Source: an uncultured Chthoniobacteraceae bacterium (GTDB lineage Bacteria; Verrucomicrobiota; Verrucomicrobiia; Chthoniobacterales; Chthoniobacteraceae). From it: DNA of 64,000 nucleotides. Within the stretch, counting starts at the first letter, position 1, and each line of letters begins with the position of its first letter. A program made the position numbers and the translations under genes. Under the pieces are notes generated by a model. That model had not been told where the DNA came from. It saw only the letters and a program-made list of their open reading frames with translations, and did not search any database. Shown here one piece after another: positions 54,299-61,586 of the stretch. The stretch lies in contig CAZEOO010000005.1 in assembly GCA_964513965.1 (NCBI GenBank), positions 42,651 through 106,650 on the forward strand, in the 5' to 3' direction.

Positions 54299-54988
54299 AT
54301 GAGCAATTCCAATGTCAAAATGCGCATTCTCCGCCGCTTGAACACTGCGGCCCAGCTTGGCGTATGGACTCCTGTCGATTTTCTCGATATTGGAAAGCGC
54401 GATGCTGTGGACAAGGTGCTCCAGCGACTTTCCCAGAGTTACGAGATTCAACGAATAGACCGTGGCCTCTATTATAAGCCTCGCCTAAATCCGCTGACGG
54501 GAAAACCGACGGCTCCCGATTACCGAAAGATCATTGACGCCTTAGCACGGCGCGATCAGACAAGAATGCTTATCGACGGTCTGACGGCCGCTAACGATCT
54601 GGGTTTAACCGACGCTGTTCCTGCCCATGTCGTCGTTCACACTGATGCACGTCTCAAACCGCTTCGCCTTGGAAAACTCAATCTCTGTTTCAAGCAGACC
54701 GCTCCCAGCAAACTGTATTGGGCGGGACGGCCTGCGATGAAGGTGGTGCAGGCTCTATATTGGCTGCGCGATACGCTGCCGCGAGATAAGCAGCAGATCA
54801 TCCGCCAGCTTCAGAATATCATATCCGATCCGCAACACGGGAAAGGCATCCGGGATGATCTTCAGGCCGGTCTTCCGACGCTGCCCGGGTGGATGCAGGA
54901 GATTGTCAGAGAAGTTCTTCAACCAGCGCCCTCCGCTGCCCGACCATCACCAGATGATGACGTCAGCCAAGTTTCCCTCAAATTATGA
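54299..54988 (+). CDS. abiEi: AbiEi-family antitoxin / transcriptional autoregulator (type IV TA)
   Basis: N-terminal wHTH-like ILRRLNTAAQLGVWTPVDFLDIGKRDAVDKVLQRLSQSYEIQRIDRGLYYKP, typical of AbiEi/DUF6088-type antitoxins. Its stop overlaps the toxin start (ATGA at 54985-54988). The track start at 54263 is a TTG. Confidence 0.7.
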   Translation: MSNSNVKMRILRRLNTAAQLGVWTPVDFLDIGKRDAVDKVLQRLSQSYEIQRIDRGLYYKPRLNPLTGKPTAPDYRKIIDALARRDQTRMLIDGLTAANDLGLTDAVPAHVVVHTDARLKPLRLGKLNLCFKQTAPSKLYWAGRPAMKVVQALYWLRDTLPRDKQQIIRQLQNIISDPQHGKGIRDDLQAGLPTLPGWMQEIVREVLQPAPSAARPSPDDDVSQVSLKL

Positions 54989-56031
54989 TGAACCCGGATT
55001 ACAACCAGCTAATGACCGCTTCCGAGGAGGATCGACTAGATCTGTTTCTGAGCACTGCGACGCGCTTGGGAACGGCTGTGCAGAACGTCGAAAAAGATTT
55101 CTGGGTATGCTGGACCCTGGATGCTCTCTTCAACGGCCTGTCTGGCGGATGTCCCAGGCTGTTGTTTAAGGGGGGGACCTCTTTGTCCAAGGGCTACGGC
55201 CTGATCTCACGATTCTCAGAAGACATCGACATAACAGTATTCCGTTCGGATTTGAATCAACCTGCAACCGTGGAAGAACTGGAAGCTCTTGGAACGAAGG
55301 CGCGGAGCAGAAGGCTGGAAAATATACGTGAAGCGTGCAGCGCCTTCATCTCTGGACAATTAAAAGCCGTCCTTGAGAAGCTCCTCCGGGAAATTCCCGG
55401 GTGTGAAACCGCCCGTGTCGAAATTGATCCATCCGACAAGGATAACCAAAGTCTGTTGCTTTGGTATCCCCGTGTGACGACTACAGGGGAGGGATATTTG
55501 GGACCGGCGGTAAAAATCGAAGCCGGTGCCAAGTCAGCCCTTGATCCCCATCAACCTGTTGCCGTGCGCCCCTACATTGCGGACGAACTGAAAGCTTTCA
55601 ATCTTGTCGTTCCAAATGTCACAACTGTCGCGACAGAGAGGACCTTCTGGGACAAAGTTGTCATCCTGCACGGTCTTCGTCGATGGTTTGATGCCAGAGG
55701 CGAAGTCAAAGGTGGAGGTCAGCGCATTTCCCGTCACTATTATGACGTTCATCGCTTATTGGATACTCCGATTGCGGACGCGGCTTTAGAAGATGCAGCT
55801 TTGGGCCGGGATTGCGTTCGTCACGCACGAATGTTTTTCAATCGGGCTCCATACGACTTAGCTTCGGCCAAACCAGGGTCTTTTTCCATCCTGCCGGATG
55901 GCGAGATGGCAGAAGTTATTGGGGGCGATTACGAAAAAATGAGCGGAATGATCTTCGGAGGTGCCCCAGCTTTTGATGCCGTGATGGACTCAATTTCTCA
56001 GTTGGAACAACGACTTAATGAAGCGACATAA
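54985..56031 (+). CDS. abiEii: AbiEii/AbiGii-family nucleotidyltransferase toxin (DUF1814)
   Basis: Nucleotidyltransferase motif FKGGTSLSKGYGLISRFSEDIDITV. The 348-aa length and the translational coupling to abiEi both fit. Confidence 0.8.
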   Translation: MMNPDYNQLMTASEEDRLDLFLSTATRLGTAVQNVEKDFWVCWTLDALFNGLSGGCPRLLFKGGTSLSKGYGLISRFSEDIDITVFRSDLNQPATVEELEALGTKARSRRLENIREACSAFISGQLKAVLEKLLREIPGCETARVEIDPSDKDNQSLLLWYPRVTTTGEGYLGPAVKIEAGAKSALDPHQPVAVRPYIADELKAFNLVVPNVTTVATERTFWDKVVILHGLRRWFDARGEVKGGGQRISRHYYDVHRLLDTPIADAALEDAALGRDCVRHARMFFNRAPYDLASAKPGSFSILPDGEMAEVIGGDYEKMSGMIFGGAPAFDAVMDSISQLEQRLNEAT

Positions 56032-56092
56032 GTGTCCGAGGCATGTTGCTCAATCGGAACATTGCGCTCGCCAGAATTGCGTGGATAAAAAC

Positions 56093-56124
56093 GCACTCAC
56101 ATTTCACTAAGTGTGTGCTTTTTT
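56093..56124 (+). terminator. intrinsic terminator after abiEii
   Basis: Stem GCACTCAC / GTGTGTGC (one mismatch) with a 10-nt loop, followed by TTTTTT. Confidence 0.55.
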
Positions 56125-56230
56125 ATCCCACCTATCTCTACCGCGTCTGATTCGGTTCTACAACTCAGCATAATGTCCATTTGGCCACAAAAGGCTTTTA
56201 TGTCTATTATAATGTGCATACAAGCTCACA

Positions 56231-56563
56231 ATGAGAACAACATCTCCACTGCCGCTTCCTGTCAAAAGGGCATTGGCCAAACTGGGTAACGACCTGCGCA
56301 CAGCCCGTCTGCGCCGCCGTATCCCGACCACACTAATGGCGCAACGTGCCTTTATCACGCGGACCACTCTTGGAAAGGTGGAGAAGGGCGACCCTGGGGT
56401 ATCCCTCGGCATTTATGCCACGGTATTGTTTATTCTGGGCATGAGCGCGCGGCTTGAAGAACTCGCGGACGCTCGAGCGGACGCAGTTGGGCTTCAACTC
56501 GACGAGGAACGCCTGCCCAAGCGCATTCGGCGCCCCCGTTCGCCTAAAGAAGAATCCCGCTAA
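56231..56563 (+). CDS. XRE-family HTH protein, HipB-like antitoxin type (orphan)
   Basis: LGNDLRTARLRRRIPTTLMAQRAFITRTTLGKVEKGDPGVSLGIYATVLFILGM matches the HTH pattern of HipB-type antitoxins. No HipA-like gene follows. Confidence 0.7.
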   Translation: MRTTSPLPLPVKRALAKLGNDLRTARLRRRIPTTLMAQRAFITRTTLGKVEKGDPGVSLGIYATVLFILGMSARLEELADARADAVGLQLDEERLPKRIRRPRSPKEESR

Positions 56564-56967
56564 CGGCCCAGGCCGTTCAGGTTTACACCGATTTGGACGC
56601 AGTCCCGCTGCTTGTTCCACTCAGCCACCTCACAAACAGCCCGCATCTCACGCTCCGTGACTACTTCCCTCCCGGTGGTTGCCCCTGGCAAGAATAGGAG
56701 CCGCTCCTGAATCTCCGGAGCAAGATTTAGCAGATTCATGATCTGGGTGATCCGAGCGCGCGTAACGCCACCCAACCGGGCCAGGTCGGCGTAATCGCGG
56801 ACGGTTCCCTTCCTGATCAGCTCGTCAAAGTGGATGGCGAGCGCCATCAGGCGGCTGATGCGCGGGATGCGAGCCGGAGATGACTTGGGCGCGGGCACCG
56901 GTCCCGGGCGCAATTTTTTACGTCCGGCGTGGGCCGCTTTGAAGTGGATGGTGGATTCGTCGGTCAT
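56560..56967 (-). CDS. small ParB-like HTH DNA-binding protein
   Basis: YADLARLGGVTRARITQIMNLLNLAPEIQERLLFLP resembles the ParB/Spo0J HTH region. Its 3' end overlaps the convergent XRE gene by 4 bp. Confidence 0.55.
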   Translation of the reverse strand: MTDESTIHFKAAHAGRKKLRPGPVPAPKSSPARIPRISRLMALAIHFDELIRKGTVRDYADLARLGGVTRARITQIMNLLNLAPEIQERLLFLPGATTGREVVTEREMRAVCEVAEWNKQRDCVQIGVNLNGLGR

Positions 56968-57042
56968 AGGGTTTCTTGGCTGAGGGTTTTGATCCCGGTG
57001 GAGCGGAACGTGATTGAAACGCTGGACTTCGCCCCGTCGTAA

Positions 57043-57903
57043 TCCGATCCGCTCACCGACGCCACCAATGCGGCTAGTCTCGGGCTATTCGATATCGAGA
57101 AAACTGATTTTCGCAGGGATGTGGTAAAATCATGCGGGATGGACTCCGGTTTGTTACCAACGGTAGTGCCTTTTGAGAAAGCACTAGGCTGCAATTGCGG
57201 AACGCCGGTATTTCCTGCCATTGGCGACAACCAGGCCAGCTTTCTCGGTTCGGTCAAAAACATCCGGGACACCCTTTTGGTTAACATTGGAACCGGCGCG
57301 CAAGTCTCGCGTTACTTTGAGCGCTCGCCAGCCATTCCCGAGTTGGAAATACGCCCCTTCCCCGGAGGAGGCGTCATTGCGGTGGGGGCGTCGCTTTATG
57401 GCGGACGGGCATTCGCGCTTCTTGCAAACTTCTTTGAAAAAACCTTGGCTCTCTTTGGCAAAACCGACGCGAATGTTTACGATGTCCTCAGCCAGATTCC
57501 CTACGAACCGGAAAACAACGAGCGGCTGGCTGTCAACACCCAGTTTGCCGGAACACGGCTCAATCCCAACGGGCGCGGTTCCATCCTCGAAATTGGCACG
57601 GATAATTTTACACCCCAAGAACTCACCGTCGGTTTTCTAGAGGGGATCACCAAAGAGCTTCGCGATTTTGCCTTCAAAATGGAACAGGCCGGAAAAAAGC
57701 CGGCACGGCTGACGGGTTCTGGAAATGCCGTGCGGAAGACTCCGTTGCTAAGGCGAATTTTGGAAAATCGTTTTGGAGCCAAGTTAGCCGTTCCCGCCCA
57801 CCGCGAGGAGGCTTCTGTAGGCGCGGCGCTGCTCGCAGCCGTTGGCAGAAAAGAGTTTGGCTCAATTCTAGAGGCCGGGGACTGTTTGAAATATCAGGGA
57901 TAA
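57043..57903 (+). pseudogene. 5'-truncated FGGY-family sugar kinase (C-terminal ~285 codons only)
   Basis: The frame is open from 57043, after a TAA at 57040. TDATNAASLGLFDIEKTDF and PAIGDNQASFLGS...NIGTGAQVS are FGGY mid and C-domain blocks. About 200 N-terminal codons are missing. Confidence 0.7.
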
Positions 57904-58294
57904 TAGCGGTTGCTTATCTCGCCTTGCTTTCTCTTCTCTTGGGAAAGATCGCATTGACTGTACGTATTACGTTTTACATTTCGTAACACGATGTAAAAGA
58001 GTGGGTTGCCCGTTTTTCGGAGTATCCCTCAAAAAAGAACCGTTTCATCGGAGCCAAAGGCGTCAAACATGGGAAGCTCCGGGGTGATGCGTTTGAGCAG
58101 CAAATACGGCCTCGTGTTTCGCAAGCACTGCACGCTCGTCTTTGCACTCGCCCTTTTCCTGCTGGTCGGCGTGCTATGCCTGGGCATGGTTGGATAGCCG
58201 CTTTATCTTGATCTCCTTTCCTCTGAACACTTCGTCGAATTTCTCTATGAAATTTGTGTCACCATCCTTAGGAAGATAAGAGGCCTTTTCCCTT

Positions 58295-58978
58295 CTACCA
58301 GTTGGTGATCCAGGCAGCCTTTGGGGTTGTGCCGCTTTGGGTCGGGTCGTCCGTGCTCCAGAGGTCGAAGGTGGGGTTGTAGCCGCCGGCCTGTGTGCCG
58401 GTTGTCGTGGAAGCACTCCCCATGGTCGAATAGCCGTACACGTTGAGGAACGGGTCCATAATGGCCTCGACTGCCGGGGTTCCGTAGCTGTCGGAGGCCT
58501 CTACGGTGTAGGGATATAGCATGGTCGGTTTAAAGCTAAAATATACCCGGGTGGCTGCCTTTTCGGTAGCACTGAGCGTGCGGTTGCAATCTGTATCGCC
58601 GCTCAGGGCTTTGTAGAGCACGAGGGATGCAGCGGCGCCTAAGTCCGGAGCATAGCCGTATTTGGTCGATAAATTGGGGGCTTTTGTAGCATCGATTTTG
58701 TCGGTGCTGTTGGCGTCGCGCGGGTAGTCGCCGTTGTCGATTTTGTAGGATTCGAGTGCGACTTCAAGCGCGCTGATTTCGGCTTGGGCGCGACTCATGC
58801 CCGCTTTCCGGCTAGCGTAGCCAGAAGCCGAGAGCGTTACTCCTGCCAGAACGGCTATGACGGAGCAGACGACCAGTAATTCGAGGAGTGTGAAGCCTTG
58901 GGTAAGCGAATGGGACGCCTTCCTCGCCACGGAGCAGTTTGCGTGCACATCCCATCCATCTCCGGTTTTTGGATTCAA
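58295..58978 (-). CDS. GspG-like type II secretion pseudopilin
   Basis: Prepilin cleavage/methylation motif QGFTLLELLVVCSVIAVLAGV and the GspG-like helix AQAEISALEVALESYKIDNGDYP. The start is uncertain (TTG at 58978 or GTG at 58948). Confidence 0.75.
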   Translation of the reverse strand: MNPKTGDGWDVHANCSVARKASHSLTQGFTLLELLVVCSVIAVLAGVTLSASGYASRKAGMSRAQAEISALEVALESYKIDNGDYPRDANSTDKIDATKAPNLSTKYGYAPDLGAAASLVLYKALSGDTDCNRTLSATEKAATRVYFSFKPTMLYPYTVEASDSYGTPAVEAIMDPFLNVYGYSTMGSASTTTGTQAGGYNPTFDLWSTDDPTQSGTTPKAAWITNW

Positions 58979-58995
58979 GACGTCTCCTTTCGTTA

Positions 58996-59775
58996 TCAGG
59001 GCTGGAAGTCAGGGTTCCAATAACCGTTGTCGTTGGAAGGGCCAAACCAGCCAATCATCTGTTTCTTGCTGTTGCCACCGTAGTAGTCTGTGCCGCCCAG
59101 CCTACTGGGGTGCTCGGCGGTCACATGCCCGTCGCACCAAGCCACGAGTGCTTTGCCGTGAGCCCGAAAGTGGACGCTCGGCTGGAGCGATCCGGCAAGT
59201 TCGTAGTTGGGGTCCACCCACTCGAATGGCTCGCAGTACGGGTACTCCTGAACGGATTTGCCGCTGGCAAATGCCGTGGTAGTGAACATGACGACGGCCG
59301 AAGGGTGGACGAGCCGACGGATGTTGACTGGCTGGTAAATGTTCGATGGCGTCCCGCCGATATATGTGGCGTTGTAGCCATAGCCACCCGTTCCATTCTC
59401 AAAGGAGCCAGCACCCGTGATGACAAAGCGCAAAAGTGGGCATTTTTTCACCCGGCCAGATTCTCCAAGATATGGAGCAAGATATCCCTTGGTAGGATCG
59501 AATGTTCCGCCTGAAGAGCTACGCGCGCCATGCCAGCGGATGGTGTTGGCTGGATTTTGCGCGGGGCAGAAGTAGCCTTCGTGGTCAGCGGCGTAGGTCA
59601 TGTTGGCGACCGCAAGCTGATGCAGGTTGGAGGTTGAGGCTGCGGCGGCCCCCGAGATCCACGCCGATTTGAGCGCTGCTGTGGAGAGGACGATTAAGAA
59701 GGCGACGATAATGAGCGCGATTGTCAATTCCAGTAGCGTCCAGCCGCACTGGGGCTGTGTGTGGCGCGGCTTCAT
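58996..59775 (-). CDS. DUF1559-type prepilin-like protein (H-X9-DG-like)
   Basis: N-terminus GWTLLELTIALIIVAFLIV and C-terminal HGKALVAWCDGHV (signature-like, with 8 rather than 9 spacer residues). Confidence 0.8.
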   Translation of the reverse strand: MKPRHTQPQCGWTLLELTIALIIVAFLIVLSTAALKSAWISGAAAASTSNLHQLAVANMTYAADHEGYFCPAQNPANTIRWHGARSSSGGTFDPTKGYLAPYLGESGRVKKCPLLRFVITGAGSFENGTGGYGYNATYIGGTPSNIYQPVNIRRLVHPSAVVMFTTTAFASGKSVQEYPYCEPFEWVDPNYELAGSLQPSVHFRAHGKALVAWCDGHVTAEHPSRLGGTDYYGGNSKKQMIGWFGPSNDNGYWNPDFQP

Positions 59776-60638
59776 GGCGCGGCCTCTGTTTTTGCGCGCT
59801 GGCGCCTCCGTAGAAGTGCCATGGCGGCGGCTCCGAGCACTAGGAAACAGCCCGCTGCTGGTTCAGGCACGGCATTAAGGACAGCGACGGCGTCCAAGTC
59901 GAAGCCGCCGGTGGAAAAGCTGGTTTTCCACGGGTCGTTGATAATGTTGCCCAGGGAGTCGTAGCGGGCATAGGCGGGGTCGATGCTGCCGACCACGTCG
60001 GTAATGCGAACGTATTTGATGTTGTTAAGATCTACCAACTCCGACCCGGGCAGGTTGATCAGGTCGGAGAGATCGAATAGAGTTCCGGTGCCGGCAACAT
60101 TTTTTCCCGCGAGGTTGTAGATATCGGTCGGGTCGATGCAGTCGAAGGAGCCGACCTGGGTCGTTGTTTGCGTGAGCGAAATGGAGGGGAATGTAATCCA
60201 GTTGATGCCGTCGGAGCTGACGGCGACGTAAGCCAGTTCGCAAAAGAACAAGGTGTCCGAACCGGCAAGCTGGAAGGCATTTTCATAGACCGCTAAATCG
60301 GCTCCCGTGCCGTTGCAAATTGCGTTCGCAAAGGTGAGCGTAATAGAGCCTCCGTCCCCAAGACTAATGACATTGTACGGGTTGAATTCGGTCGCGCTGG
60401 TATAAGTGCAGTCGGCAGCCCCGAGGGCGGCGGAGATGTTGCCATAGCTCGCAACGGCACCGCTGGGTTTAGTAATATTGACCGGCCCGCGCGTGCAATC
60501 AACGACTTCCGTTGCCCACCCGACAATGCGCGAGTCATCGGCAGAGATGCCGTCCAGACCGCCAGCATATGGTCCGGCCCATGCGGAGCACGCGAACGTC
60601 AGGAAGACGACCGCTCCGAGAAGGATGGTGTGTTTCAT
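59772..60638 (-). CDS. PEP-CTERM-anchored secreted protein, unknown globular domain
   Basis: Signal peptide MKHTILLGAVVFLTFACSAWA and C-terminus VPEPAAGCFLVLGAAAMALLRRRQR. The stop overlaps the start of the next gene (ATGA). Confidence 0.75.
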   Translation of the reverse strand: MKHTILLGAVVFLTFACSAWAGPYAGGLDGISADDSRIVGWATEVVDCTRGPVNITKPSGAVASYGNISAALGAADCTYTSATEFNPYNVISLGDGGSITLTFANAICNGTGADLAVYENAFQLAGSDTLFFCELAYVAVSSDGINWITFPSISLTQTTTQVGSFDCIDPTDIYNLAGKNVAGTGTLFDLSDLINLPGSELVDLNNIKYVRITDVVGSIDPAYARYDSLGNIINDPWKTSFSTGGFDLDAVAVLNAVPEPAAGCFLVLGAAAMALLRRRQRAKTEAAP

Positions 60639-61586
60639 TTCTCTCTATTGGTCTTGCGCCAAGAGTAGAAATGCCTTTTGCGTAGGGAGACACATCCACT
60701 CTCACGCTTCATTTTTGCGATGAAGTTTTTTCGTCCCCGTTGTTCACTTGAACCGGGAACGCATGAGGAACGGCGGACAGATATTCGGACTCCGAGTTTG
60801 TGGGGAAACAGGCTAAAACCAACTTCCCAGCCTTGTCTCCGCCTTCACCCCGCCGTGGGGCGGGATTGGCTTTGTTTTCCCATGGATGAGATGGGAAATG
60901 GAGACTTGTGACTCGATACCGCAGCGCAACTGTGACCGGTTCTAACGGTCTTCTCTGGATCTGCCGTTCGCTGCCACCCCCGTTAATCACGAGGGCACAA
61001 TTTTTTAAAAGAACTGCGCGGATTAAAAGGACGGCGCGCACGTTTGTCAAGGGACTGAATAAAATAAAAGTCTTGCTATCGGCTCATTTTTTTCCATACT
61101 TTGCGCCGAGAAGTTCGTAACTTCAACGCGCATCGGTACCGGGAACGCCGTGAAAATCGGCGACAGTGCCGCTACTGTAACTGGATACGAAACCTCAAGT
61201 CACTGGGAGCTTCCCCCGAGAAATCGGGAAAGGCCCGGGAAGACGAGGCGGTAGATTTGAAGCCAGAAGTCAGGATATCGGGCGATGCACGGAAAGTGAA
61301 ATTTAACCTTCGAGCAAAAGGAGAAATCATGATGTCTTATCGCCAGCCCGCCCACGGTTTTCGCCGCGCAGCATTCGTTCGCACACGGGGATGCCCTTGT
61401 GCCGTTCGTCGATAATGGAGCGGATTTGATGCGCCCAGTTCGGGGTCGCCTCTTCGCCTGGCATCCAGGGTTTTCCCCTTTTTAACAGCCCGTTTCGGGC
61501 TTGGCATGTCGCGCCTGAAACATGGCGAGCAGTCGGCGTCTGCCTCTTGCTTGCCCCTGTCCCTTTGGTCGGAAAAAAAAGAAACC

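Larger units (their letters stand above)
53762..57042. mobile_element. degraded tRNA-Asn-adjacent genomic island (no integrase retained)
   Basis: It starts at the tRNA 3' end and is visibly more AT-rich than its flanks. Cargo is a TA/abortive-infection pair, an orphan antitoxin-like gene and a ParB-like HTH gene. It ends where a sugar-kinase gene is truncated. Confidence 0.45.

Noticed and set aside
57041-57054. Possible attR: AATCC-GA-TCCGCTC resembles the tRNA-Asn 3' end AATCC-T-TCCGCTC, exactly at the proposed right edge of the island.
   Set aside because: Only two short blocks (5 + 7 nt) match, with an indel between them, and there is no match to the CCA-proximal GAGCCA. That is too weak to call a direct repeat without a comparison genome.
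56964-57287. The 107-aa minus-strand ORF upstream of the ParB-like gene, considered as a possible recombinase remnant.
   Set aside because: It lies antisense to the FGGY kinase fragment, whose frame carries clear family motifs. The translation has no recombinase features.
58006-58197. The 63-aa plus-strand ORF with a hydrophobic C-terminus (…LVFALALFLLVGVLCLGMVG) between the kinase fragment and the pseudopilin gene.
   Set aside because: It could be a small membrane protein. However, it has a non-ATG track start, no ribosome-binding or conservation evidence is available, and it sits in decayed island-edge sequence. I left it unannotated.
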